64,000 bases of DNA from a virus (Duplodnaviria; Caudoviricetes): the IMG/VR virus record IMGVR_UViG_3300025018_000001; one strand, 5' to 3'. Of this stretch, positions 1-9,982 are shown in pieces. Both the position numbers and the translations under genes were made by a program. Numbering within the stretch: position 1 is the first letter of the stretch; the number at the start of each line of letters is the position of its first letter. The notes below the pieces were generated by a model. It ran no database searches. It was not told the DNA's origin and worked only from the letters and a program-made list of their open reading frames with translations.

Positions 1-44
1 TGAGTGATTCATTTAGTATTGACTTTTCTAGTGATAACCCTTGG

Positions 45-602
45 ATGAAACTGTATGCTTTCTTATTGTATAGAGAGTCTTGTAAAGGTATATGGTTAGA
101 TATTTCTCCGAAAGACTGGGATACTTTTATATTTGATTATGGTACCAGTGTTAAAGTAGATAGGTACTGGGATTCAGGTGGTGGACAGTCTGACGGATTA
201 CGTTTAGATATGCATAAATATGATGAACAATTACATGATTTTTCGTGTTCTTACTACATTAATGGTTCTAAAGTCTATATGGAACATTTGGCTGATGTAG
301 TTAGCTATATGAAATCTTATATGTCTGACCCTAAAAATGTTACAAGTTTTAATAACTTTGAGCGTACTTTTGGTGTTAGTCACGATATGATACCTACAGT
401 GTTAAGTATTGTAGCAGGTCATTCTATATCAGGTCTATTCTTCGCTGCCAAATTAATGGCTGTAATGTACGAAGCTGATCAAGAGGGAGAGCCACTAAAT
501 ATAATTGCTAAAACATATACAGCAAAGGAGATAAAAGCATTAAAAGGTTATGCTTTTCTAGCTTGGTTGGATATGGAACGTAGAAACTATACTGGTTGTT
601 AA
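45..602 (+). CDS. Hypothetical protein; frame is open to the window edge, so the true start is probably at or before position 1
   Basis: ORF track; no stop in this frame between positions 3 and 45. Confidence 0.7.
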   Translation: MKLYAFLLYRESCKGIWLDISPKDWDTFIFDYGTSVKVDRYWDSGGGQSDGLRLDMHKYDEQLHDFSCSYYINGSKVYMEHLADVVSYMKSYMSDPKNVTSFNNFERTFGVSHDMIPTVLSIVAGHSISGLFFAAKLMAVMYEADQEGEPLNIIAKTYTAKEIKALKGYAFLAWLDMERRNYTGC

Positions 603-761
603 TATATGATATTCATCGCCAGCGCCAATAAATTACAAGGAGATACACCATGAGTTGCTTTAATAAAAGAGTAGTAAATAGTTTTACCAAAAGTTTGAAG
701 AAGCCTTTAGGAAGAGGTAGACTTCGTGCCGTAACAGTAGCACCTATTAATACTTCAGTGC

Positions 762-1055
762 ATGATGTTAAGTTTACATATAATTGCTGTAGAACTATGC
801 GACATACTGGGTAATATGCCTTTATCAACAATATACAATGGAGAAGTTCTAGACTGGCATTTTAAAAAAGGTGGTCAGGATTTTATTTATAATTTCTACA
901 TTGGTGATATTTTAATCGGGCAGATATTTCACATAAAGAAATCATGGGATGCTGTATCATGGTATCCCAATAATGTTTGCCCTGTGAATGGTTTTAGAAC
1001 AAGATATGATGCTGCTGAATTCTTACTCCGCCTATGGAGAAATCAATTAGAATAG
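762..1055 (+). CDS. Hypothetical phage protein
   Basis: ORF in co-directional gene array. Confidence 0.6.
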   Translation: MMLSLHIIAVELCDILGNMPLSTIYNGEVLDWHFKKGGQDFIYNFYIGDILIGQIFHIKKSWDAVSWYPNNVCPVNGFRTRYDAAEFLLRLWRNQLE

Positions 1056-1074
1056 TAATATAAGGAGTACTATT

Positions 1075-1329
1075 ATGGCTGAGTCGATGATAAAGAAGTA
1101 CCAGAAACAAATCAGTATGGTGTTAAGTGATGCCGCTGTAATGATGTCATACAATAGTTGTAATGATATTCCTGAGTCTTTTTGGGAGGGCCTTACATAC
1201 GAAGATAAGCAAGAAATATTGAGGGAAGCTTATCGAGAAGGTGTAATTACCAAAGAAGCTTTTGACGCAGGTTGGATTGGTGATGCTAATGTTGCTATGT
1301 TATTTTCAAAATGGTTGAAAGAGTCATGA
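1075..1329 (+). CDS. Hypothetical protein
   Basis: AAGGAG RBS upstream of ATG. Confidence 0.7.
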   Translation: MAESMIKKYQKQISMVLSDAAVMMSYNSCNDIPESFWEGLTYEDKQEILREAYREGVITKEAFDAGWIGDANVAMLFSKWLKES

Positions 1330-1736
1330 AACACAACGATATATCTAAAATCTTTAGGAAATTGCTTATGTTAAGAGGCATACCTATTGACACAGGCACA
1401 TGGGACCATGTTATTTATAAATTTGCTGCAAATAATTCTTCTATGGTAAATCCTTACTTGAATGATGCTATACATATGACTATAGATGATACACTTGCTG
1501 CAATAAATAATAACAATATAATGGGTAGTAGGTCTTCAAAAGAAGAACTGACTTGGAAATCTACTATACCTTTCTCTTGTCCTAACTGTGGTGCATTGGA
1601 CAATTATGTTGTCTATCTTAATATTGAGACACTCATTTGTAATCATTGTAATCACGAAAGTGATGTAAGGTTATATTGTAAGGATGTCGAGCTTATTGCC
1701 ATCGATCCTTTAACTGAAGAGCCATTGGAAAGATAA
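1326..1736 (+). CDS. Hypothetical protein with C-terminal Zn ribbon
   Basis: CPNC...CNHC; ATGA overlap with the previous gene suggests start at 1326. Confidence 0.65.
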   Translation: MKHNDISKIFRKLLMLRGIPIDTGTWDHVIYKFAANNSSMVNPYLNDAIHMTIDDTLAAINNNNIMGSRSSKEELTWKSTIPFSCPNCGALDNYVVYLNIETLICNHCNHESDVRLYCKDVELIAIDPLTEEPLER

Positions 1737-1750
1737 CTACGGAGGCTATA

Positions 1751-2074
1751 ATGCCTAGAGATATGGAGTTTAATGCAGATAATTATTATCCAAATACAAC
1801 AAAGGATTGGATTGATCTTTTCGGCGCCGATGCAAGAATACTCTGCGTTGTACGTGATATTGGTGGTGAACAAGGAGGACCAGTAGTAATAAAACATGTA
1901 GATGAACATGGCTTTTTGGACATACATAGAAAACGCTGGGATACAGCAGCACCAATCTTTATTGATGGTAACAATAAACCTATTATGCTAATGAAGTTGG
2001 ATACCATTAGAAAGTATAATGTTTTATGGGAAAGCGTATTTATTTTTGACCCTTCTATCAAGCGTAGAAAATAA
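1751..2074 (+). CDS. Hypothetical protein
   Basis: GGAGG RBS, ORF. Confidence 0.7.
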   Translation: MPRDMEFNADNYYPNTTKDWIDLFGADARILCVVRDIGGEQGGPVVIKHVDEHGFLDIHRKRWDTAAPIFIDGNNKPIMLMKLDTIRKYNVLWESVFIFDPSIKRRK

Positions 2075-2085
2075 AAGGAATTACT

Positions 2086-2508
2086 ATGCACAAACCAAAT
2101 TTCAATGCTGGAGACCTTGTAGACCATAATGCTGTGTCTGCTATTATTAAGAATGATGCTGGTGAAGTACTAGTATTTTTTCATCATAAGTATCAGGAGT
2201 GGACAATACCTGTTGGTAAGGCTGAACAAGGTCAGACTGTTGAAGATGCTTTACGTATGGAAATTTCAGAAGAATGCGGTCTTGAACTTATCTCTTTCAA
2301 AAAGGATCTTATTAAGAAGTATGTCTACCCGCGTGAGAAAAAAGATATTAACGTGGAATTACACCAGTTTACTGTAGATAAATACTCTGGTATACCTCAA
2401 AACCTTGAACCTAAGAAGCATTCTAATATGCAGTTTATGTCTGTAAACGAGCTGCAAAAATTGGATAATAGGATGGATGTATTAGATTTATTTCTCTCTA
2501 CCCAGTAG
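2086..2508 (+). CDS. NUDIX hydrolase
   Basis: Nudix-box-like GKAEQGQTVEDALRMEISEECGL; WTIP before the box. Confidence 0.85.
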   Translation: MHKPNFNAGDLVDHNAVSAIIKNDAGEVLVFFHHKYQEWTIPVGKAEQGQTVEDALRMEISEECGLELISFKKDLIKKYVYPREKKDINVELHQFTVDKYSGIPQNLEPKKHSNMQFMSVNELQKLDNRMDVLDLFLSTQ

Positions 2509-2537
2509 ATAGTAGTAATAGTATAAGGAGTACATAA

Positions 2538-2680
2538 TGAAAACAAAGTTCAATGTAGGTAGTAATAATAAACAGGTAGGCACAGATGATACAACACAGA
2601 TTCAAGTAGGATTGCTACCTGTTGTGGCTTTAGTAGGTGCTATAATTATTGTAGTACTTGCTATTATTAAATACACGTAA
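2538..2680 (+). CDS. Small membrane protein (not in ORF track)
   Basis: AAGGAG RBS; MKTKFNVG...LLPVVALVGAIIIVVLAIIKYT. Confidence 0.55.
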
Positions 2681-2772
2681 TATGGTTACTATTTGCAAGT
2701 TGTTAGATATGTTAGAGGATGCTGTGTATATATCATACGAGTTTGTTTTAAGTATATTCAACAACCCAAAAA

Positions 2773-3201
2773 ATGATAAGGAGTAGTAAAATGGATAAGG
2801 TACAATTGGTTGTTTTTCTAAGAAAAATTGGCACTAAACTAGCCACAGGTGCTACAGAAATTTTTAATGCTAATAAACATTCGTTTACTTTATCAACATT
2901 ACCTAGCCATGATGAGATATCTCTAATATTAGATGATTTTCTCATGCTTATGCAAGAAAAACTTGAGGCTGATACGGAATATAAGCCAATGACTGTCATC
3001 AAGCTATGTACTTGGCTAAAAAGCAGTGCTGAAGAGTATAGACATAAACTAGCAAAATCAGATGTACTTGATAATGTTTTAGTTGGTCTTATTAACGAGG
3101 TTGCCGCTAGTCAATGGTTTGATTACGCTCTCAGCCCGCGAGATTTGTCAGGTAACCATAGTAAAACTAAGATAATTCCAAGTGAGTTCGGCCTTAGTTA
3201 A
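2773..3201 (+). CDS. Hypothetical protein
   Basis: ORF; start may be the second Met after AAGGAG. Confidence 0.65.
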   Translation: MIRSSKMDKVQLVVFLRKIGTKLATGATEIFNANKHSFTLSTLPSHDEISLILDDFLMLMQEKLEADTEYKPMTVIKLCTWLKSSAEEYRHKLAKSDVLDNVLVGLINEVAASQWFDYALSPRDLSGNHSKTKIIPSEFGLS

Positions 3202-3219
3202 CCTACAGGAGACACCTAT

Positions 3220-3387
3220 ATGGAAGAAGAAAAAGACCATACAATACCCTGTATAGGTGTTGATGATAAATTGCATGTGTGTTTACCATGGGAAAATGTA
3301 ACAAAATGTGGTATAAAAGTAAAGAAAAAATTAGTAAAAGATAAGGATTGGCATACTAAATACTCATGTTATGAATGTACATATTAA
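3220..3387 (+). CDS. Small Cys-containing protein (not in ORF track)
   Basis: AGGAG RBS; MEEEKDHTIPC...CYECTY. Confidence 0.5.
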   Translation: MEEEKDHTIPCIGVDDKLHVCLPWENVTKCGIKVKKKLVKDKDWHTKYSCYECTY

Positions 3388-3401
3388 CAAGGAGAAATAC
3401 C

Positions 3402-3671
3402 ATGCAAGATGCTGAAAAGAAAGAATATATTGAGTTAAAAAGTGCAGATATTCACCGTAAAAAATCTGCCTTGATATCAACAATGCTCCAGGCTATTACT
3501 GCCGGACATATGGTTGACATGCCAAAAGAAGAATATGATAAAGCTTGTAAAGAACTTGGTTATAATAAAGATACAATGGACTATAAAAAGTTTGTTGCTT
3601 TTAAATTAGCACAGGCAGATATTGCAATTGAAAAAGCAAAGAAGGAGGGTATTATACCTAAAGACTTTTAA
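3402..3671 (+). CDS. Hypothetical protein
   Basis: AAGGAG RBS before ATG 3402. Confidence 0.7.
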   Translation: MQDAEKKEYIELKSADIHRKKSALISTMLQAITAGHMVDMPKEEYDKACKELGYNKDTMDYKKFVAFKLAQADIAIEKAKKEGIIPKDF

Positions 3672-3708
3672 TAAGTATGTGTAATAATTAACAATTTTGG
3701 AGTAACTA

Positions 3709-4197
3709 ATGTATAAACCTGGGGATATAGTACCGATAAAGTTTTATGGTAAGTTGCTATTGTTTCAATTTCTTGATGAACATGAGAAGATTGATGAGCA
3801 TACTTATTATCAATCACCTTTCAATAAAATAACTCAGAAATGTCGTGAAAATTATACTGAAAATATGGCTAAATTCGACCCAGCCGACAGTATTTTTAGT
3901 TCGACATGTATAGGGGAAACTCCTTTTGAGGGGCATACACACCGTATTTATCTACGTAGACTGGGGGATAAGCTTACATTAGATCCACCAGTACGTAAGG
4001 ATATATTTATTAAAAATTATCTTCCGGGTAGTAAAATATTTACTCTGGTTACTTCTGGTGGCGAGTCATTGCAATATCAATATACCAACGTCAACAAACA
4101 TTTTATGGATAATGTTTTAGATTTGGTAAAGTATCTTGGGTATCAAGACGGTTACCACTACTGGATTTCAAACGATTACCTTGCCAAAGTAGCATAA
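3709..4197 (+). CDS. Hypothetical protein
   Basis: GGAG RBS, ORF. Confidence 0.7.
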   Translation: MYKPGDIVPIKFYGKLLLFQFLDEHEKIDEHTYYQSPFNKITQKCRENYTENMAKFDPADSIFSSTCIGETPFEGHTHRIYLRRLGDKLTLDPPVRKDIFIKNYLPGSKIFTLVTSGGESLQYQYTNVNKHFMDNVLDLVKYLGYQDGYHYWISNDYLAKVA

Positions 4198-4212
4198 AAA
4201 TTCGACATACAG

Positions 4213-4518
4213 GTGGCCACTATGTGTGATACAAACAAAAAGGTTTCAATACTGGTATTGTATACAGTAAATGGTAAGACAAGAACAGATGATTTTTCTA
4301 TAACTGTGCCCTCAAGTCATCCAGAAGGCCAACTTCCATCGGCTTTTGCAATTAACAATATGATTTTTAATAATATGCGCACGGAGATGCAGGATATTAT
4401 TAGTGGTATACCTTCAACTTCATACATGACAAACAAAGGTGAAGAAATTCCATGTAGTATGGTGTTAACAGTGCCAAGATTTGAGGTAGAGGTGAAGGCA
4501 GTACAACTCATTAAGTAA
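4213..4518 (+). CDS. Hypothetical protein
   Basis: ORF track. Confidence 0.6.
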   Translation: MATMCDTNKKVSILVLYTVNGKTRTDDFSITVPSSHPEGQLPSAFAINNMIFNNMRTEMQDIISGIPSTSYMTNKGEEIPCSMVLTVPRFEVEVKAVQLIK

Positions 4519-4549
4519 TTGATCTATCAATATTTTAAGGAGAATTACC

Positions 4550-4879
4550 ATGAAAAATACTACTGTGTTTGTTACACCAAAAATTGTACCTTTGGAAAAT
4601 CTTCCGGCCAATAACAATCCTTTTCATCATGACCAATTTAGAATGGGAACTGATGTATCAGGCGCTTGGACCGCTATGTATAGTGAATTTGCCGGGCTGA
4701 AGCAAGAGCACAACATGACAGATGAAGAGAAGTTACTTCAAAAATGTGGAAGCCTTATATTCAATGATGATCCAGACCATATCATAATGGTAAATCGTAA
4801 GACTGGTCAGCGTTTCATGATTGATTTTTCCCCCGAAAATATGGAGAACTTAGGTGAGACTGGAAAAAAGAACGCCTGA
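4550..4879 (+). CDS. Hypothetical protein
   Basis: AAGGAG RBS. Confidence 0.7.
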   Translation: MKNTTVFVTPKIVPLENLPANNNPFHHDQFRMGTDVSGAWTAMYSEFAGLKQEHNMTDEEKLLQKCGSLIFNDDPDHIIMVNRKTGQRFMIDFSPENMENLGETGKKNA

Positions 4880-5052
4880 AGTAGGTGAACTATTAGTATG
4901 TAAACTAACTGCTGGTACATTGGACCCTATAATCCGAGGCAAAAAATACTGTGTAGATGATGTCGATTGTGATGAAAACGGTAACATCTCCTTACATGTT
5001 AAAGGTTCTTGGTACCATAGTAGCTGCTTTAACTTAAACTAAGGTAATCACT

Positions 5053-5310
5053 ATGAATGTGACTTTAAAATTATTAGGCGTGGCCAAATTTGTATTCGCT
5101 TTGGCATCTTTATTGGTGTTACTTATATCACTGATTGAAATGTTCAATCTTACCAAACGTATACGTGATAAAGTAGGTCAAGGCTTTATAGATGAAACAA
5201 ACGCCGAGATATCAAGAATATTTGGTGTGATACTGCCGTGTATACTGCTTTTATATTTAGTAACTGATGGCATAATTATACTTATTAAATTAGCAATTGG
5301 AGGTACTTAA
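5053..5310 (+). CDS. Membrane protein with two TM segments
   Basis: Two hydrophobic stretches. Confidence 0.6.
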   Translation: MNVTLKLLGVAKFVFALASLLVLLISLIEMFNLTKRIRDKVGQGFIDETNAEISRIFGVILPCILLLYLVTDGIIILIKLAIGGT

Positions 5311-5524
5311 AGCAATGTTTAGCACATTTATTAAGTGGTTATTTAACATAAGTGATCGTTCCTCTTGTTTTAATAATTGCCTGTTTTATAAGAAAAATGA
5401 ATGCCATATGTATGGTAAAGGCCATAGAGCAGCGCATCCATGTGATGAATACTATTGCCATAAACCATGCGTTTCCGAGGCTTTAAAAAAGATAGAGGAA
5501 GATGATTTATCTGAAGAAGTATAA
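5297..5524 (+). CDS. Small Cys/His-rich protein
   Basis: CFNNCLFY...ECH...HPCDEYYCHKPC. Confidence 0.55.
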   Translation: MEVLKAMFSTFIKWLFNISDRSSCFNNCLFYKKNECHMYGKGHRAAHPCDEYYCHKPCVSEALKKIEEDDLSEEV

Positions 5525-5557
5525 CCTATTAGAATTAAAGGAGTAATCAAGTAAGTT

Positions 5558-5899
5558 ATGTCGTCATACATCACATTTTTAGAGTTACTTGTTAAAGCAA
5601 ATGATATGGAGGCTGCCTATAAACGTATGTTAAAAGGTAAAGACCTTAAAAAATCAGGCGAACAAGTAAAAAAGTATATCAAACAATATGGGAGAATGCA
5701 TTACAATCCTATATATGAAAACAGTAGATATTATGAAAAAGGTGGCACTAAAGTACAATCTGTGGCATATTATATATTCCCGTTTGTTACTCAAGGGCCG
5801 TTAAGAAATATTGACAATCTTATAAGTTTGTACAAGTTTTTCTTTGTGCCTTCTAAGGTAGTCGTAACTACGGAGTATTCTTATGAGTCCGGTAAGTAA
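5558..5899 (+). CDS. Hypothetical protein
   Basis: ORF track. Confidence 0.65.
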   Translation: MSSYITFLELLVKANDMEAAYKRMLKGKDLKKSGEQVKKYIKQYGRMHYNPIYENSRYYEKGGTKVQSVAYYIFPFVTQGPLRNIDNLISLYKFFFVPSKVVVTTEYSYESGK

Positions 5900-6119
5900 A
5901 CCTACAATACCACCTAGAAGTAAGTTCTCAAAGTACTCTGGGAGTAAATCCAGGGAAGTTGCAAAAAATAGTATCTTACTTGGTGCTGTCATTGTTGGCG
6001 TGATTGTAGTAATATTGGTAATAGGTACCATGCTTAAGAAAGCTAATTATTATATGTTCTATGAGAGTGAGGTAAAGCAAACGATTCAAGAACTCGTTAA
6101 ATCTTCCTCACTTAAGTAG
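5883..6119 (+). CDS. Single-TM membrane protein
   Basis: Hydrophobic ILLGAVIVGVIVVILVIG segment. Confidence 0.6.
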   Translation: MSPVSKPTIPPRSKFSKYSGSKSREVAKNSILLGAVIVGVIVVILVIGTMLKKANYYMFYESEVKQTIQELVKSSSLK

Positions 6120-6149
6120 TTCTAAAGCTATAAATGGGGAGGGTTTGTT

Positions 6150-6407
6150 ATGGAAGAGCAGAATGTGGTAAGTAAAAAGAAGGTAAGAGTTAAATTTACA
6201 TGTCGTGGTGTAATCTATGAGCATGATTGTAAAGCTTTTTTAAATCAGCATAATAAACTGCTCACAGGGGAACCATTGAAGCAGTTAAAACTTAACCTAT
6301 TCACGGCACTAATACGGGCTGGTTATGTCAGTAGAGAAGACATTAAAAAGAACGATAAAGATGTCTTTAATATGATCTCAAATGTCGAGGTTTCTGTGTT
6401 GGTTTAA
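6150..6407 (+). CDS. Hypothetical protein
   Basis: GGGAGG RBS. Confidence 0.65.
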   Translation: MEEQNVVSKKKVRVKFTCRGVIYEHDCKAFLNQHNKLLTGEPLKQLKLNLFTALIRAGYVSREDIKKNDKDVFNMISNVEVSVLV

Positions 6408-6641
6408 GTGCCCTTTTAAGACCTATTTTTATAAAAAGGTATCAAGCTTAACATAACTATTTGTTATCAAATCTAGGTACCTTTTTACTCTTTCTACTAA
6501 TAATCTAATAGGCGCTTAAAGAATCTTAAATTAGCAAAAACTACCCATTAATTGCAATAAATTAAATTTGCAATGTATTTTTAGAAGTATGATAGTATAA
6601 AAAAATAGTAAAATTGTACTCTCATGTATCTATGACACTAA

Positions 6642-6688
6642 TTACACTATTTATTACAGTAGTGTAACGCCGTGTTACACAGTGTAAC
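6642..6688. promoter_or_regulatory. Array of alternating GTGTAAC/GTTACAC half-sites (operator-like)
   Basis: TTACAC 6642, GTGTAAC 6662, GTTACAC 6674, GTGTAAC 6682 at the end of a 300-nt AT-rich intergenic gap. Confidence 0.4.
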
Positions 6689-6707
6689 AATTAAAAAAGA
6701 GAAGCTT

Positions 6708-7298
6708 ATGTTTAAAAAACTTTTAATAGCTATACCTATACTACTCACAGTTTTTTTATGTGGTGTAGCATTAGCAACTGTAAGAACAGTGCAAGTTGAA
6801 TTTGCATTCACTAAACCTCAAGAACCTCCACCAGCACCACAGTTGCTGGGCTATAAACTTTACAGAGAAGGTGAATTTGTTTGCTCGTCTTATAAAACAA
6901 CCGTCTTTGTCATGGACTGCAGAGTTGACGTAACAAAACCTAATACATTATTCACCATGTCGGCTTACTATTCAGACGGTACTGAAGGGCCTCAATCACC
7001 TACTTATAATTTTGAATATTCAGAAGTAGTAACACCATCTAAATTCTTTATGATTAAAGATATAGAAAATTCTGATAAAAAGTTGGTAACTTTAACATTG
7101 ACCGCTCCAGTAAATGCAAATGTTGTTGGATATAATGTATATGCAAATAACTTATTAGTATGCGAGGATAGAGATGTTAAAGACTTAACAATAAATTGTG
7201 TAATGAATATCTCTGGTACAACAACATTCGCATTAACTGAAGTATTTGCTGATAATACTGAGAGTTCTTTTTCTAACCCTATTACTTATGCTCCGTAG
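6708..7298 (+). CDS. Secreted protein with two fibronectin-III/Ig-like repeats
   Basis: Signal peptide MFKKLLIAIPILL...ALA; duplicated GY(K/N)(L/V)Y...VC...M.C...FT/A(M/L) units. Confidence 0.65.
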   Translation: MFKKLLIAIPILLTVFLCGVALATVRTVQVEFAFTKPQEPPPAPQLLGYKLYREGEFVCSSYKTTVFVMDCRVDVTKPNTLFTMSAYYSDGTEGPQSPTYNFEYSEVVTPSKFFMIKDIENSDKKLVTLTLTAPVNANVVGYNVYANNLLVCEDRDVKDLTINCVMNISGTTTFALTEVFADNTESSFSNPITYAP

Positions 7299-7304
7299 TT
7301 GGTT

Positions 7305-7331
7305 TGGGGAGTAGTGGTACTGGCGTTTTGG
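7305..7331 (+). repeat. 27-nt intergenic motif, copy 1 (TGGGGNNTAGTGGTACTGGYGTTTYGG)
   Basis: tggggagtagtggtactggcgttttgg. Confidence 0.85.
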
Positions 7332-7368
7332 GGTAGTTCGCATCATTAATCTTTAATTGGAGATACAC

Positions 7369-7872
7369 ATGAATTTCTTATCACCTGCAAGTTTACTTTC
7401 TTTTCTTATTATTTGTTTACTAATGGTCTTAGTATTCAAATTTATCAAACATAAAACAAAACCTGCAGTAAAAGTCTTAAAACGGCCTAAAGACTGGCCA
7501 CCGCCACCTTCACCAAGAGGTGCCACAACTAGTAGGTCACGTAGTACTATCATAAATAAGTCGAATACACCGAAAAGTTCTAATTTGCGTAGACGAGTTA
7601 GAAATAATGATGAGGGTGATGAAGGGCTGGATATCGTTGAAATGGCCTTGGCTGCAGAACTTATTAGTGAACTTCTGGAAGATACACCACAACAGGCTGA
7701 GTTCTATAGAGGAGGTGAATTTGGTGGGGCAGGTGCATCGGGGTCGTACAATGATGAGCCAGTTAAAACCACCGAATCCTACTCAAGTCCAAGCTACTCA
7801 AGTGGTAGTTGGGGTGGGGGATCTGATAGTTGTAGCGATAGCAGTAATTGTAGTGGCGGAAGCGACGATTAA
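7369..7872 (+). CDS. Membrane protein with Ser/Gly-rich low-complexity tail
   Basis: N-terminal TM; GGEFGGAGASGSY and SSGSWGGGSDS tail; GGAG RBS. Confidence 0.7.
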   Translation: MNFLSPASLLSFLIICLLMVLVFKFIKHKTKPAVKVLKRPKDWPPPPSPRGATTSRSRSTIINKSNTPKSSNLRRRVRNNDEGDEGLDIVEMALAAELISELLEDTPQQAEFYRGGEFGGAGASGSYNDEPVKTTESYSSPSYSSGSWGGGSDSCSDSSNCSGGSDD

Positions 7873-7929
7873 ATAAACCTAAATGTTTGGAGTCCATTGT
7901 AGGCTCCAACATTTTAAAAGGAAATTACT

Positions 7930-8202
7930 ATGCACGCATATTACACACCAAAAAGACAAGATGTTGAGGCAAGACTTCTTACCGAAGATAACATTAATGA
8001 ACTTGAAAAATGGACTGAGGGTAGTATTAAAGGTACTAAACTGCCTATCAAAGACAGAGTCCTTGATATATGGGATACTTTCACCGATAGTGAACTTCGT
8101 GTTAATATGGGCGAGGTAATTGTATATTGTGCTGGCACAAAAAGATGGGAAGTTTACACCTTAGACCAGTTTAATATGTTATTTGAAGAATTGATAGGTT
8201 AA
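7930..8202 (+). CDS. Hypothetical phage protein
   Basis: AAGGA RBS, ORF. Confidence 0.7.
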   Translation: MHAYYTPKRQDVEARLLTEDNINELEKWTEGSIKGTKLPIKDRVLDIWDTFTDSELRVNMGEVIVYCAGTKRWEVYTLDQFNMLFEELIG

Positions 8203-8325
8203 ACAAACGAATACTGAGGTAGTAATATGGAGTCACACAGTAACCTATGCAACAACAAAAGGTGAACATTGCTGCAAGTGGGGTGGTTGCAACGGCACAA
8301 TAATTATTTAATTTTGGAGTGGCTT

Positions 8326-8649
8326 ATGTCTATTAGGAGTATTTTAATAACAATAAACCGTGATATGATACCTAAAGAAGTATTTGAAAAAGAACCAAAA
8401 CTTCTATGCATACCTTATCAAGCGGTTGTAATACTTGGTACCGGTGATTCTTTTTCAGACGGTTTAAAAAAGTTCTTATACTCTTTCTACCAATCATCTA
8501 ATTGGTATAACAAAGAGATTGCGGCCAAGACATTATGTTACTTTGAGTCAATTCCTTATGAAGGTACTTGGTCAGCAACCATAGAAAAGTATAGGCAAAA
8601 AGTAAAGATAACAGGTATTTTTAAACAAATAAACTATGTTGCTTTTTGA
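8326..8649 (+). CDS. Hypothetical protein
   Basis: GGAG RBS before internal Met of ORF 8269..8649. Confidence 0.6.
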   Translation: MSIRSILITINRDMIPKEVFEKEPKLLCIPYQAVVILGTGDSFSDGLKKFLYSFYQSSNWYNKEIAAKTLCYFESIPYEGTWSATIEKYRQKVKITGIFKQINYVAF

Positions 8650-8884
8650 GGAGATTATTATGCATTGTGGAATATGTAGTGAAGAAAATCCGTGTCCAGA
8701 TTGCTTGGTTGAGGAAGTGAGGTATGCTGTAGAACGACACGATATCACCTCTGATAGAACTTACCATACTCAGGGAGGTGGTACAGTAAGATGGGATGGG
8801 AATCAGTACGTCTTCGTCGAAGTACCAGAGTGGGGAGATTTTAAAGTCGGTGATCCGTTACCTGACCAATGGTCTATAGCTTGA
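8636..8884 (+). CDS. Hypothetical protein with N-terminal CxxC...CxxC
   Basis: CGICSEENPCPDC; start may be 8660. Confidence 0.6.
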   Translation: MLLFEEIIMHCGICSEENPCPDCLVEEVRYAVERHDITSDRTYHTQGGGTVRWDGNQYVFVEVPEWGDFKVGDPLPDQWSIA

Positions 8885-8893
8885 GGTGTAAAC

Positions 8894-9175
8894 ATGAAAA
8901 AAGTAACTGTTGCTGAATCTACTAAGATAACTTGCCCTTTCATACAAAAACACGGCGAGGCAATTCAGTGCATTAACGAAAAATGTTTTGCTTGGGAAGT
9001 GGTTGATGAACGTATAGAGAGGGAAGACCACTCTGGTGCAAGAGAAATGATGTATAAGATAAGACTGGAGAGAAAACAGGAAATAACAAGAAAGGGTCCG
9101 CCTGGTTCTTGTGGATATTTAATCTTAGAGGAACGTGGCACATGTGTTAGACTATTCCCTACATCTGGGGCATAG
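8894..9175 (+). CDS. Hypothetical Cys-containing protein
   Basis: GAGG RBS; CPF...C...C. Confidence 0.65.
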   Translation: MKKVTVAESTKITCPFIQKHGEAIQCINEKCFAWEVVDERIEREDHSGAREMMYKIRLERKQEITRKGPPGSCGYLILEERGTCVRLFPTSGA

Positions 9176-9192
9176 TGGTACTGGTGTTTCGG
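9166..9192 (+). repeat. 27-nt motif, copy 2
   Basis: tggggcatagtggtactggtgtttcgg. Confidence 0.85.
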
Positions 9193-9224
9193 GTCCTTTG
9201 ATAAGTTTTTATAAGGAATAATAA

Positions 9225-9464
9225 ATGCAAAGTGCTTCAATAAAATTAGAATACCATAAATATAGACAGAATGTACAGTCTTTATTGCATAGGTATAGAG
9301 GGTTACGAGAGGAGGATCTAAATGAATTAAATCCAGCGTTCTCTTGTGTTTTATGTGGTTACTACACATGTAAACACCACAATCAACCTAAAAAAGGATG
9401 CTTTAGTCAGCGACCTATAGTAGAAAATGAATGGGCAGAATTCTATCTCTTTAATAATGGGTGA
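9225..9464 (+). CDS. Hypothetical protein
   Basis: AAGGA RBS. Confidence 0.6.
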   Translation: MQSASIKLEYHKYRQNVQSLLHRYRGLREEDLNELNPAFSCVLCGYYTCKHHNQPKKGCFSQRPIVENEWAEFYLFNNG

Positions 9465-9844
9465 ATGTTATGGAAAAAAGTGACAATTTATTTATTACTG
9501 GTTTTCAATCTCTGCAAGAGTGTAGACAGTCTATAGTAACATTAGCAAAGAATATAGAGGGTGATATATCCTCTACTATTGTAAATGCTGCTCGTATTGC
9601 CAGTATGCGTTCATTGCTTGAATTATTTGAGAAGTATAATGATATGCTGGTTGCAATGAAAACTGGTGTAAATACACCGCAAGAAGTAGAAAAGCTTAAT
9701 CATATGGCATATGAACATGTCATGAATGTAGAGGAACCTGCTTATCCAGAAAATACTATCTACATTGAGAAGTACAATTTCTGGAGAGGTATAGCAGGTG
9801 AAAAGCATTTTGACCCTTATTTTGATGCAGAAGGAAGAAATTAA
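9461..9844 (+). CDS. Hypothetical protein
   Basis: ORF overlapping its neighbours. Confidence 0.65.
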   Translation: MNVMEKSDNLFITGFQSLQECRQSIVTLAKNIEGDISSTIVNAARIASMRSLLELFEKYNDMLVAMKTGVNTPQEVEKLNHMAYEHVMNVEEPAYPENTIYIEKYNFWRGIAGEKHFDPYFDAEGRN

Positions 9845-9951
9845 TGAAGAAAGATAGTAACTATGGCTGGTTTAATACAACAATTCAGCTTATAATTGTA
9901 GCTGTGGTAACGGTTGGAATAATTGGTCTATCGTTAATACGTTATACATAA
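9844..9951 (+). CDS. Small membrane peptide (not in ORF track)
   Basis: TAATG overlap; hydrophobic IQLIIVAVVTVGIIGLSLI. Confidence 0.45.
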   Translation: MKKDSNYGWFNTTIQLIIVAVVTVGIIGLSLIRYT

Positions 9952-9982
9952 TATACAAATCTTTATTTAGGAGAAGTTAATC

